A DNA stretch of 24,842 bases from positions 1 to 24,842 of the forward strand of contig JAQGDQ010001804.1 in assembly GCA_030141605.1 (NCBI GenBank), given 5' to 3'. Position numbers and translations under genes: made by a program. The DNA is from Tubiluchus corallicola (Eukaryota; Animalia; Priapulida). Under the pieces are notes generated by a model that saw only the letters and a program-made list of their open reading frames with translations, had not been told where the DNA came from and searched no databases. Shown piece after piece: positions 11,152 through 23,998 of the stretch. The first letter of the stretch is position 1. Every line of letters starts with the position of its first letter.

Positions 11152-12102
11152 ATGCTTACTCTTGTTAGTGAGTTAAATTGTGAAGACCTTCTTGAAGTCC
11201 CTGATTATTCAGAATATGCAAACACTTTAGCTTCAGAATTTGTTGTATATAAAAATGTTAGGTCAAATATTGAAAAGTACCAAAATGCTTCAGTGACTAA
11301 TGTAACACCTCAAGGTTGCATTAAAGAGGATGATGATGATGCAATGATAAATTTTAGAGGTAGATCTGGACCAAATAGGAAACTTGTGAAGCGTTATTTG
11401 GGCCCCTATAAGCAGGGCCTATTTCAGCTTAGGCGAGGCTCGGGGAAGTGGGGTGTGTGAGGCCCCATCGGGGGGGGGGCTACAATGGTTGGCGCCCAGA
11501 AAAGTTTTGAACTGCTAGAACGCCGGAGAAGCATTTTCTAAGAGAAAATATGGAGTTATACAGTTGTTAAAGGATAGAACATTTGAAAGAAAAACTGCTT
11601 TATTCTCAAGACCAGTCCTTAATACTTGTCAGTACTGGCAAACGGCGTGCGTGCGACAAGAGAGAGAGGAGGCAGTATGTTCGCATAAAGAAAAAAAATG
11701 TTACCTTGGCGCGAGGCCCCGGGGAAGTATCCCCACTTCCCCCCCCTTGAAATAGGCCCTGCCTATAAGGTGATAAAATGTAAACCTCCTGATTACTGTA
11801 TACAACGACCTCGTGCTCGTAATTCTTTGTGGGTGCATGGTAGTAACTTGAAGAAGTTAAATCTTAATATCCGTGAAACCGGTAAATCCAAATCTTGTAT
11901 TGATTGTGATAGTTATGATTCTGATTATGATGATGACACTTATGCTCCTTTGCATGGATATCCCTGTTATGATCCAAATCAGTCGGAAGATGATGAGAAT
12001 ATTATAGAAAATGCTAATAATGCTAATTTTAGTAGTGATGAACATGATATTGAATGTATTAATTCTGATGTCAGTAGCAGCAGTGCCAGACAGAGCATTT
12101 AA
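11152..12102 (+). mobile_element. Ty3/Gypsy integrase C-terminal (GPY/F) fragment split by a MITE
   Basis: Joining 11152-11412 to 11770-12102 gives KLVKRYLGPYKVIKCKPPDYCIQRPRARNSLWVHGSNLKK in one frame. Confidence 0.75.
11413..11761. mobile_element. hAT MITE
   Basis: Perfect TIRs CAGGGCCTATTTCA / TGAAATAGGCCCTG; perfect 8-bp TSD CCTATAAG (11405-11412, 11762-11769). Confidence 0.93.
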
Positions 12103-12624
12103 CCTTTAAAGCAAAATTGGAAGTTAGCGATGTATAGATCTAGTAATTAAATTTCATTTCCTTGTCTTTAGTAAAATTGCTGAAAGAAAGTCTTTTTGTT
12201 CTATCTAGATTTTATGATGCATTTTGCTATAATTACATGAAGCCATTTGTGTGTCTGCAAAATGAGGCCAATGGCCTATTTCCTATCCTAGCTCACTTGT
12301 CTGTCTTCCAACACAAGGAGGCACCACGTACTTATATCCAAAACACCATTTTTTGCCAGTTATGAATTCAAAATGTGAAACATGATGTGTGTCCTTTGAG
12401 TGAAAAATTTACGTGTAATGAGACACTATATAAAGATGTTAAGCTTTCATCGCATGATTAAAACTTGCAATATGACATTGTAGTCATGTAAGATATTCTA
12501 AAATCATTTTTTAACAAACTGCTAATTAATTATAAATTTCTATAACGTTTTTTTTAATAAAGATAAAGAACACTGCAGCAGTCACTGACAGTTTTATTTT
12601 AGACTGAAAAACAGCTTTTTTTAG

Positions 12625-12764
12625 ATGAGAGCCGTGAAAAGGAAGAACCTCGGACACTGGGGCTTGCCATGGTACCTGGTCATCATATTGTTGACATTCA
12701 CATTGACCAGTCGACAGTGGACGGTGGTAGTAAAGATGATGACCACGTTCCACATTATACGTGA
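12625..12764 (+). CDS. NAA38: NAA38/LSMD1 last coding exon
   Basis: Phase 1 after TTTTTTAG: (D)ESREKEEPRTLGLAMVPGHHIVDIHIDQSTVDGGSKDDDHVPHYT*, matching recalled EPRVLGLAMVPGHHIVSI; TGA 12762-12764. Three-exon model gives 109 aa. Confidence 0.93.
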
Positions 12765-12961
12765 TGGTTTGTTTATTCATCTGATAGTTAGCTTAGTGGT
12801 TGAGTTGTCTTAAGTCAATGGCCTTGTTTATTTTGAATGAATACAAGTTATCTAACATTTTGCTAACTGGGTTAACTGTAAACAATTTTTAAATTTGTGT
12901 TACAAATAATCATAGTAAGTGTCGAAGTTTAAGATATTTTCCAAAAGTATGTCAGATTTAA

Positions 12962-13503
12962 GGGAAAACCGGATGATTGTGTAAATAATAATAAATAATA
13001 ATGAGTTCAGAATAAAGAATGTTCTAAAATATTGAAAACTACAATTTTTTTCAAATCAAAGCTTAGATTAAATAATAATTACCTCGGATGCTCAAATTTC
13101 GTTAAACTTTCAAAGCTACGTGCAGCTCAGTGATTCTACTAAGATTGGCAACAGCGCCTTTTTATCACATTCGCGTGGCTGACAAATAGTACCGTGGTAA
13201 CCATGATCATGAACTGCAGTGTTAGTTTCTGATGTCATATGATGTAGAGCCCATTTTCGTGACGTCATGTGTTTAAACAGTAACACTTACGCAAACATGC
13301 TTTACGCGCAAGATGTCTACCATTGCACAAATTGTGGTTAGTTTCTGATGTAAGCAATAGGTGTGTTCAGTTGCCGTTAATTAACTTTCTAAGCCAATTA
13401 TTCAAATACAAGAAACAATTGCTAACTTTTATAAGCAAGAAAATGTATATTTTGGACAGTAAATTAAAATGAGATTGAGTCTAAACAATCATCCGGTTTT
13501 CAT
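12962..13503 (+). mobile_element. TTAA-targeting MITE (Kolobok-like), copy 1
   Basis: TIR RGGAAAACCGGATGATTGT / ACAATCATCCGGTTTTCAT, TTAA on both sides; purine-purine 5' terminus favours Kolobok over piggyBac. Confidence 0.85.
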
Positions 13504-13710
13504 TTAAGGGACACATCAGCTTACTTGTTTCATTATAAATATTTTTATATGTAACTGCATGCAAAATCCCCGAAATATCGTGATCTTGTATAAAGAATTC
13601 ACTTGCTGGATGTGCAGCTTACAAGCATTCGTAGAATTGTTGGGGTATTTTTTCTTCCTTCTTGCAACAGTGCAGCCACTTATGGAGTCAATTATGTGGA
13701 GTTATTTGAT

Positions 13711-14549
13711 CTGAAAACAATGTGTTGATTAAAACTGAAAACAATGCGCTGATTAAAACTGAAAACAATGTGCTGATTAAAACTGAAAACAATGCGCTGA
13801 TTAAAACTGAAAACAATGCGCTGATTAAAACTGAAAACAATGCGCTGATTAAAACTGAAAACAATGTGTTGATTAAAACTGAAAACAATGTGCTGATTAA
13901 AACTGAAAAAAATGGGCTGATTAAAACTGAAAACAATGTGCTGATTAAAACTGAAAACAATGTGTTGATTAAAACTCAAAACAATGTGCTGATTAAAACT
14001 CAAAACAATGTGTTGATTAAAACTCAAAACAATGTGCTGATTAAAACTCAAAACAATGTGCTGATTAAAACTCAAAACAATGTGTTGATTAAAACTCAAA
14101 ACAATGTGTTGATTAAAATTCAAAACAATGTGTTGATTAAAACTCAAAACAATGTACTGATTAAAACTCAAAACAATGTGCTGATTAAAACTCAAAACAA
14201 TGTGCTGATTAAAACTCAAAAAAATGCGCTGATTAAAACTCAAAACGATGCGCTGATTACAACTCAAAACAATGCGCTGATAAAACTCAAAACAATGTAC
14301 TGATTAAAACTCAAAACAATGTGTTGATTAAAACTCAAAACAATGTACTGATTAAAACTCAAAACAATGTGTTGATTAAAACTCAAAACAATGCGCTGAT
14401 TAAAACTGAAAACAATGCGCTGATTAAAACTGAAAACAATGCGCTGATTAAAACTCAAAACGATGCGCTGATTAAAACTCAAAACAATTGCTGATTAAAA
14501 CTCAAAACAATGTGTTGATTAAAACTCAAAACAATGTGTTGATTAAAAC
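13711..14549. repeat. 24-bp minisatellite, about 35 copies
   Basis: Unit CTGATTAAAACT(G/C)AAAACAATG(T/C)G. Confidence 0.98.
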
Positions 14550-14712
14550 CATTTCCTCATTGTTTCAGAGTGGTGGATTGAAAGGCAGTTTATTCAGAGA
14601 TCAACTAGACATAGTTTCATACGTGAATGTAAGCCAGAATGTTTTTAAAAAAGTTTTAGTCTATTGTTGAAGACAATGTTGAAGAGCAAAATTTCCGCTC
14701 ACATGGAAAATA

Positions 14713-15096
14713 CAAATGTGAAACCTGGAAATGTGCTGTGAAGTCTGAGACAACTAAGACACGGATGAACTCGGAGAAGATGCAAATGTGAAACCTGGAA
14801 AGGTGCTGTGAAGTCTGAGACAACTAAGACACGGATGAACTCGGAGAAGATGCAAATCTGAAACCTGGAAAGGTGCTGTGAGGTCTGAGACAACTAAGAC
14901 ACGGATGAACTCGGAGAAGATGCAAATGTGAAACCTGGAAAGGTGCTGTGAAGTCTGAGACAACTAAGACACGGATGAACTCGGAGAAGATGCAAATGTG
15001 AAGTCTGGAAAGGTGCTGTGAAGTCTGAGACAACTAAGACACGGATGAACTCGGAGAAGATGCAAATGTGAAACCTGGAAAGGTGCTGTGAGGTCT
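14713..15096. repeat. 70-bp tandem repeat, about 5.5 copies
   Basis: Unit CAAATGTGAAACCTGGAAAGGTGCTGTGAAGTCTGAGACAACTAAGACACGGATGAACTCGGAGAAGATG at 14713, 14783, 14853, 14923, 14993 and partial at 15063. Confidence 0.97.
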
Positions 15097-16415
15097 TCTT
15101 CTTTCTGCAGTAAAACCACAAATAATTTGTTTACAAATTTGCACAGAAATCGCGGCTAAATTACGTTAATTGCATGACGTTTTCTATCGTTTTAATGATA
15201 AAGAACGTATGTGATTGAAGTGCTCAATTATTCGAATCTATAATTTCAGGTTCATACCGAATTCGAACCAAGAACATGTTCGAAAATTGAAGTACAGTGC
15301 TACTGTAAGATATTCAGTGTGTTTTACTAAAACTAGGCAAGTTTTAAGATGAAATTTCAAATTTACCGCTGCGCTCACGTATGAGCTGTTGAACGTGTGT
15401 AGTTCATCGCAAACTAGAACATCTGAACTGAGAGGTACAGCACCTGTTTTTGTGTAATGCATTTTCGAAATGTAGCCACTGGTGCCCGTCTAACTAGTGA
15501 ATGGCGAAACTCATGTAACAGTGAAGAACTAGTGGCACAAATGGGATATTGCATTTGTGTGGTAATAAGTCATTTTTGAAAAAATAGTATGTTACCACTT
15601 AAAGACAATATTTTGAGGTACAGCTTAAAAATTGTCAACCTAATGAGAGTGCAGCTAAGACGAGTTAACAAGCGACTTGCCAAGGCCTCGTTCATCAGAC
15701 TATTGCAAACATTGTTCTTATAAAGACCATTTCATGCATAACTAAGTGTTTGTGGTGTACTACCCTTAATCTGCATTCAGTGCTTGAGCTTACAACACGC
15801 AGGACTGTATTGAAAACTCTATTTGCTGTTAGCTGTAATTTCTGTAATTATGCAGTACAAGCTGTGCTTTCACGATTCTTATTGCTCTCTTTTATGCTAA
15901 TTCTGTGTACATTGAGATGCATGTACTCTATTCTGGCAAATCTACTATCATTTATTTCAGTAATTCGCCATCAGCACAAATTGCGCATAGCAAAATTAGC
16001 AACTTTTTCCATTAGTGCAATAGAATTTATTTTACATCCATTAAAACATGACTGCGTTTGAATTCTAAAAACTAAACAAGGCCGAAATCTGTTTTTATTA
16101 AACAAGACAACATTAAAAACTGAAACAACAACACTATGTTAGCTATAACATACACAACCAACAAGAAATAAACAAGAAATTTCAATATTTTTATACATCA
16201 GCACACCACTATAACATTTAACTGATAACTAATTGCTAAAGTGTGCATGTAGTTGAATACCAAACCTGCTCTATACTGTTATTGAGCATCTGATACATAA
16301 AAATTGAATCTACACGAAAGTCGGTGGTATAAGCATTGTCTGCATAAAATTTTTGAAAAGATAGCCTGGATTTGTGTTTTTTTGGATATGGAATATTTAA
16401 TTTACCTGTAATTAC

Positions 16416-17037
16416 CAAGGCTGACGGTACGGTACGGTATGCTAAAAAATACCGTACCGTACCCACGAAATCGCACTACTAGTACGACAAAATATCGTAA
16501 TTTCGTAATAAATCATCAAGGATCTACTATAAAAAGATGAAAAATAGCATAAAAATTAATTGCAAAAATGATACGTTATGAATTTATGCATAATATAAAA
16601 GCAGAACTGCTGTTTGAAGTTCCATACTACTTATTTCAGATAACAAAAGATACACAATAGAAGCTGTGCTATTATTTTATACACAAAAGGAGTCTGATGA
16701 TAAAAATTCTATGCAGCACAAGATGAAATGACAATTCCAGCTTCGAAACAATTTGTTACTTTGCAGTTTGCATTAAAAAGGGATCAATTTAGCGGTTTTG
16801 TTTGCTTGTGCTGTGTGTCACTTAGGGGAGAACAATAAGTCCCACACACGAGCAAAATAAGACGTCACACTGAGGTGCTGACCAATAGAAACGTTACAAG
16901 AAGCTGAGGATAAATGGTACGAAAAAATACCGTAATTTCATACTGTACCGTACTGTTGAAAAAATACTGTACTGTAATTTTGTACCATGCTTTGCTTTTA
17001 AGCAGTTTTTTCGTACCGCACTGTACTGCCAGCCTTG
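16416..17037. mobile_element. hAT-like MITE
   Basis: TIRs CAAGGCTGACGGTACGGTACGGTA / TACCGCACTGTACTGCCAGCCTTG; GTAATTAC on both sides (16408-16415, 17038-17045; palindromic, so TIR/TSD boundary is ambiguous); subterminal TACCG repeats. Confidence 0.8.
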
Positions 17038-17488
17038 GTAATTACATTACTTAACAGTACTGTACTGCCAGCCTTGGTAATTACATCATTTGACAGTACT
17101 GTACTGCCAGCCTTGGTAATTACATCAATTGACGGTACTGTACTGCCAGCCTTGGTAATTACATTATTTGACAGTACTGTACTGCCAGCCTTGGTAATTA
17201 CATTATTTGACAGTACTGTACTGCCAGCCTTGGTAATTACATCATTTGATAGTACTGTACTGCCAGCCTTGGTAATTACGTCATCTGACAGTACTGTACT
17301 GCCAGCCTTGGTAATTACATCATCTGACAGTACTGTACTGCCAGCCTTGGTAATTACATCATCTGACAGTACTGTACTCCCAGCCTTGGTAATTACATCA
17401 TCTGACAGTACTGTACTGCCAGCCTTGGTAATTACATCATTTGACAGTACTGTACTGCCAGCCTTGGTAATTACATTATTTGGCAGTA
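17020..17488. repeat. 39-bp minisatellite, 12 copies, overlapping the MITE right end
   Basis: Unit ACTGTACTGCCAGCCTTGGTAATTACATCATTTGACAGT; GTAATTAC recurs every 39 bp from 17038 to 17467. Confidence 0.97.
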
Positions 17489-18136
17489 AGCTGCATATGA
17501 ATCCGACTCGCAATATCTAAAATTAGCAATATTAAATCAGATTACTACAGTTTTACAAAAGTGCAAAGCACTTGCTAGCAAGCCGCAAAAGTAATAAATG
17601 ACTACATCACATGTAACTTACAAAACTGTATGAAATTTCTTACAACTCAAACCAACCTACATATTAATGAGTTTATAAAGTAAAAAAAAATTCTTAACAG
17701 CCACCAAACACCAATTGTTATTGGCAAAATGCCGCCATGTACGCATTAACAATTTCTACTGGTAAATATACGATTATCTAATATATATTATCTATATAAC
17801 ATAAATAGTATACACACACACGCGCTCACACCAAATCAAACTTAAAATAATTTTTAGACTAGATTACAAACCGAGCTTTTGGACTCTTAACTTTTAATAA
17901 AAAAAATGAGAACACTTTAGACACTTTAGAAACAAAATGATACAGTCAAACAAGAACTTAAACAATTGAAAGTAGACATTGTAAAAACTATGGATAAGTT
18001 AATATATAATTAAAAGTTCCTAAATTAAGAATAATCTCAGGATCCAAATATACAACAAAGATTGATGGGAGATCTGTACATCTTGCACATTAGTAACAAC
18101 GAGTTCATTATATGGAACACATCATCAAATCTAACA

Positions 18137-18638
18137 ACCTAGCCACTGGGGGGGGGGGGGGCAAGTCAGCCCAACTCAGTGCCAGTCCCAAGTCCAGATA
18201 AATAGGGAGGGTTAGGGTCAGGAAGGGCATCCGCCTGTAAAAACTGCGCCAAAACCTTCTATGAATGAGTCGGTGAGATTTAAAGGGAAAGTCCACAAAG
18301 ATAGTGGTCAGACCTGCTCTAATCTATGGGCTGGAAGCAGCTTCTCTAAAGAAGACCGAAGAGAAGAAAATGGGTGTGGTGGAGATGAGGATGTTGAGAT
18401 GAATAGTGGGAATAACAAGAAGAGATAAAATTAGAAATAATAATATCAGAGGAACAGTAAAAGTAGTGGAAGCCTCGCAAGATTGCGATGGTATGGACAC
18501 CTGAAAAGAAGAGTCGGTGAAGATCATGTGGGAAGGGAAGACATAAATGAAGAGATGGTCAACAACAGGAATGCGTGGAGAAGACTCATTCACAACGGCG
18601 ACCCCGAATAGGGAAAAGCTGGGAAGAAGAAGAAGAAG
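18137..18638 (+). mobile_element. Internally deleted (bipartite) RTE/Expander-like retroposon
   Basis: 5'-UTR-like GTCCCAAGTCCAGATAAATAGGGAGGGTTAGGGTCAGGAAGGGCATCCG; ORF remnant VVRPALIYGLEA...EMRMLR*IVGITRRDKIRN...RLRWYGHLKRR; (GAA)n tail; 16-bp TSD ATCATCAAATC(T/C)AACA at 18121-18136 and 18639-18654. Confidence 0.88.
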
Positions 18639-18723
18639 ATCATCAAATCCAACAGGGACAAAGCTTCTACAAAAATGATTCCAGTATCAGTTTTAGCTGT
18701 ACCAAATGCTATCATCATGCTTT

Positions 18724-18996
18724 ACCAGACGGTATAGTCTAGTTGTAATGTGTCTGCTTTCCGTCTGGGAGGTCGTGAGTTCGAACCAGCGGCCGGGTCA
18801 TACAAAAGACTTTAAAAATGGTACCTGCTGTTGCCCTGCCTGACGCGTGGTATTTAGGGTAAAAGTGGGGTAATAATAGTCTCTGTTATGTAGTTGTAGG
18901 TTGTTATTTACAGTCGGCGATAATAGCTCTTTGAGCTAATGTTAATTGTTGACCCAAAAGCCGACTTTAAATAAAGATTATTATTATTATTATTAT
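18724..18996 (+). mobile_element. tRNA-derived SINE, probably with Meta-type central domain
   Basis: A box TAGTCTAGTTG (18735), B box GAGTTCGAACC (18777), central GGGTCATACAAAAGACTTTAAAAATGGTACCTGCTG, tail AAATAAAGATTATTATT. Confidence 0.8.
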
Positions 18997-19685
18997 CATT
19001 AATAATTGCAATAATCTTAAAAGTATGTTAAGCTCTAGTAATAACAGTAAAAAATGGACAAATGTTTCTGCCGAGAATAAAACAAAATGGAAATTTTTAT
19101 TAAAAAGCCTCTAAAAATTGCACTTACTGCACATCGGAGAAAAAAACGTCTGAGATTGCCGTTGCCATCGCCGTAACCAACAGTAGATGTGCAACTGTAA
19201 CGCACAAGTTTCTCACCTTACAAAATGACGTCAGTAATGCAATTATAGTATAATACTGATTTGTTTGAATATGAGCATTTAATTAGGACAATACGGTGCG
19301 CTTACAATGTTTATTTTCCGAGAATAATATACATGGTATAAAAACATTAAAACTCTTTTTATATAGCCATAAAGAAACAAATGATAATATACTTCACGAA
19401 AGCGTATGGAACTCTTGTAAACAGTCGGCGTAAGATGAAAAAAAATTTCATCTATTGTTTACTGGCCGATAAAAAGAAGCATAAAATTCAAACAGGCATT
19501 CGGGTGCAAAAATTTGTTTGTAAATTTTCACTTTCTTATACGGATTAAAATCAGATTGAATCAATGGTGACATGTATATTCTTGTTTGGTTTTGGTCAAA
19601 CGCTGTAACTGACAAACATACTTTTTTAACAAGGTGGAATTTTCCCAGCATTACTGGCTTTGACTAACATGAACGGTATAATTAA

Positions 19686-20226
19686 AGGAAAACCGGATGA
19701 TTGTGTAAACATGAATTCAGAATAAAGAATGTTCTAAAATATAGAAAATTACGATAGCTTTTTTTAAATCAAGGCTTAGATTAAATAATAATTACCTCGG
19801 ATAGTTAACGTAAAAGTTTCAAAGCTACGCATGGCTCAGTGAATCTACTAAGACAGTCGATGGTGCATTTTTGTCACATGCGCGTGGCCGACAAATAGGT
19901 GTGGTACCGTGATAAGCATGATCATGAACTACGGTGTTTGTCTGTGACATCAGTATGATGTAAAACTCTTCGTAACACCACATCAGCATTTTATAGCAAC
20001 CATCGCTTATGCAAACGTGCTTGATGTACAGTGAAGATGTCTATCATTGCATAAACTGTGGTTAGTTTGTGACGTAAGTGATAGCTGTGTTCAGTTGCCT
20101 TTTTTTAACTTTCCAAGCTAATTATTCAAATACTAGAAACAATTGCCAACTTTTATAGGCAAGAAAATGTATTTTTTGGACAGTAAATAAAATGAGATGG
20201 AGTTTTATCAATCGTCCGGTCTTCCT
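19686..20226 (+). mobile_element. Kolobok-like MITE, copy 2
   Basis: Same TIRs and interior as 12962-13503; TTAA at 19682-19685 and 20227-20230. Confidence 0.88.
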
Positions 20227-20563
20227 TTAAGTTGTTTGTTCTGTGATCAGCCAACATGCCTATTTGGCAGAAAAAACACAGTGCATCGAAGGGGTGGCTT
20301 CATAAAGCGAGTTCTCTCACCCAGGAAACAAGAGAATAAATCACTTTTTTAAGGGTGGATCATTTTCACCGGACAAACATTATTACATAAATAAAGGGGA
20401 GTTTTATACAAATGTTGCCATGTAGGTGAGAAATGGGTTAACACTGCCTATTTCCACCATTTAAAAAACTCAAAGACTACTACCATTAGTTCATTATACA
20501 GTTGCATTTTTGCACATTTACTATATTTAAACTTAACTAAAGTGTGTTACGTACTAAACAGAT

Positions 20564-20743
20564 CTAACCCACCCACGATACATAATTACTTGGAAATAGG
20601 CCTTTACGATCCTCGGATCCAATGTATCCACACCACCAGTTGTGATCAGATCTGTCAGTAACACTAATAATGTCGCCTTTTTTTAGAGACATTTCATCTC
20701 CTTCAGCTGCTTCGAAGTCAAAATTTGCTTCCACTTTTGGCAG
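20564..20743 (-). CDS. GRB2: GRB2/Drk last coding exon (C-terminal SH3)
   Basis: LPKVEANFDFEAAEGDEMSLKKGDIISVTDRSDHNWWCGYIGSEDRKGLFPSNYVSWVG*; TAG acceptor 20744-20746; stop 20566-20564. Not in the ORF track. Confidence 0.93.
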   Translation of the reverse strand: MPKVEANFDFEAAEGDEMSLKKGDIISVTDRSDHNWWCGYIGSEDRKGLFPSNYVSWVG

Positions 20744-20801
20744 CTAAAATACAAAATATTTTTATTAGCCGCGATATGAAGACGAAATGAAGAGTCTATT
20801 A

Positions 20802-21980
<1,179 letters not shown>

Positions 21981-22253
21981 TCATACTATTACAAATGACT
22001 AAATCTCACTATAAAATATTCCTAAATAAAAAAGTTTATGTGTTTACGAATATAGTTTTGTGAGTTTATGATTCAATGAAGCTGTAACTAATATTTTTGG
22101 GCTCACTACAGGGGGCCAACGGAGCGTTCTGTAAGTTAAACACAAAAATTTAATGAGCAACAGACACAGGTTATTCCTCCAGGCTACACCACTACATATT
22201 ATCTCATTTACAATATTGGGTTTGTGTTTTGACAAAGTGACGTCTTGGCATCA

Positions 22254-22632
22254 TATGCACCTTCACAACACCATCGGTCACCTGTTACGTATGCACATTC
22301 ACAACACCATCGGTCACCTGCTACATACGCACATTCACAACACCAGCGGTACGTTCACAACACCAGCGGTCATCTGCTACATATGCTCGTTCACAACACC
22401 AGCGGTCACCTGTTACATATGCACGTTCACAACACCAGCGGTCACCTGCTACATATGCACGTTCACAACACCAGCGGTCACCTGTTACATATGCACGTTC
22501 ACAACACCAGCGGTCACCTGCTACATATGCACGTTCACAACACCAGCGGTCACCTGCTACATATGCACGTTCACAACACCAGCGGTCACCTGCTACATAT
22601 GCACGTTCACAACACCAGCGGTCACCTGCTAC
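22254..22632. repeat. 36-bp minisatellite, about 10 copies (inverted counterpart at 24659-24842)
   Basis: Unit ATGCACGTTCACAACACCAGCGGTCACCTGCTACAT. Confidence 0.97.
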
Positions 22633-22743
22633 AGTGGCTCCTCTCCACAATGACCAAGAATGATTATTAAATGACACAAAACATCCGCTAGGTACATAGC
22701 AGCACAGAGTACCACTGATACTGAAACTGATTCTCCAAATTAA

Positions 22744-23292
22744 AGGAAAACCGGATGATTGTGTAAACATTAGTTCAGAATAAAGAATGCTCTGAAATAT
22801 TGAAAACTACAACAGCTTTTTTAAATCAAAGCTTAGGTTAAACAATAATTACCTCAGATACTCAAATTTTGTTAAACTTTCAAAGCTACGCGCGGCTCAG
22901 TGAATCTACTAAGATTGGCAGCAACGCCTTTTTGTCACGTTCGCATGGCCGACAAATAGAAAGCGGTACCGTGATGACCATGATCATGAACTGCAGTGTT
23001 AGTTTCTGACGTCATATGACGTAGAGCTCTTTCTCGTGACATCACGCATTCAAGCAGTACTGTAACACCTACGCAAATGTGTTTGACGCGCAAGGGAAGA
23101 TGCCTACCATTGCACAAACTGTGTTTAGTTTCTGACGTAAGCAATAGCTGTGTTCGGTATTGCCGTTAATTAAGTTTCTAAGCTAATTATTCAAATATAA
23201 AAAATAATTGCTAACTTTTATAGCCAAGAAAATTTATACTTCGGACAGAAAATTAACATGAGATTGAGTCTAAACAATTGTCTGGTTTCCCT
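22744..23292 (+). mobile_element. Kolobok-like MITE, copy 3
   Basis: Same family; TTAA at 22740-22743 and 23293-23296. Confidence 0.88.
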
Positions 23293-23348
23293 TTAAAGAT
23301 GATAATAAGTAAAGAATCAAATTCCAGCACATTTTAAAAATTACATAC

Positions 23349-23471
23349 CGCACTGATAGTGAGAAATCATTTGGCGTACTCTCACTATCCCTGATTAGAA
23401 AAATGCCCTCCGTCGTCTGCTGGTTGAGAACTTTTTCAGCGTCAGCTCTACTCATCTTTCCAAAATACCAT
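23349..23471 (-). CDS. GRB2: GRB2/Drk coding exon (N-terminal half of SH2, 123 nt)
   Basis: [40 protein letters not shown](R) with FLIR(D)S phosphotyrosine motif; CAG acceptor 23472-23474, GTATGT donor from 23348; phase 2/2. Confidence 0.95.
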
Positions 23472-23819
23472 CTGAAATTACGATCAACCAAAAAAATGAA
23501 AAATTGCGTGACTGTACAGTAATAATAATATTAATTCTTAGCATGCTGTAAACTAAAAACGTAAAATTGTTTTGTAAAAATATTTTAATATGGTGTTTGT
23601 AAATATGTTCATTTATTGTATATAGTTTTGCACTTTAGTTTTTTTTTAGTCTGCACTGGATGCATTTGTCTTAAACAGTGTTGTTATTTTAACTTTACGC
23701 TGAGGCTTACTCAATCTCATTATAATGAGTGAACCATTTTAATGACATATAAAGAATTAATATTATTATTACTGTACAGTCGTGCAATTTTTCATATTTT
23801 TGGTTAATTGTAATTTCAG

Positions 23820-23942
23820 ATGGTATTTTGGAAAGATGAGTAGGGCTGACGCTGAAAAAGTTCTCAACCAGCAGACGACGGAGGGCATTTTTCTAATCAG
23901 GGATAGTGAGAGTACGCCAAATGATTTCTCACTATCAGTGCG
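23820..23942 (+). other. GRB2: Inverted duplicate of the 123-nt GRB2 SH2 exon; coding status unknown
   Basis: Same peptide, one synonymous change (AGA/AGG); AG at 23818-23819 and GT at 23943-23944 intact. Confidence 0.9.
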
Positions 23943-23998
23943 GTATGTAATTTTTAAAATGTGCTGGAATTTGATTCTTTACTTATTGTCACCTTTAA

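Noticed and set aside
12625-12813. 62-aa ORF MRAVKRK...
   Set aside because: Wrong frame of the NAA38 last exon.
13688-15121. Repetitive ORFs (LIKTENN, SFNQHIV, QTSQHLSR)
   Set aside because: Products of tandem repeats; unit indels break the 24-bp frame and 70 is not a multiple of 3.
16998-17520. Repeat-protein ORFs on both strands, or a CRISPR-like array
   Set aside because: Unit derives from a MITE end; no unique spacers, no cas genes, eukaryotic context.
18724-18800. tRNA gene
   Set aside because: A and B boxes present but continuous with a SINE body and tail; no convincing cloverleaf.
22153-22770. Cys/His-rich repeat ORFs (TTPAVTCYIC, HNTSGHLLHM)
   Set aside because: Intronic 36-bp minisatellite open in several frames; no splice evidence.
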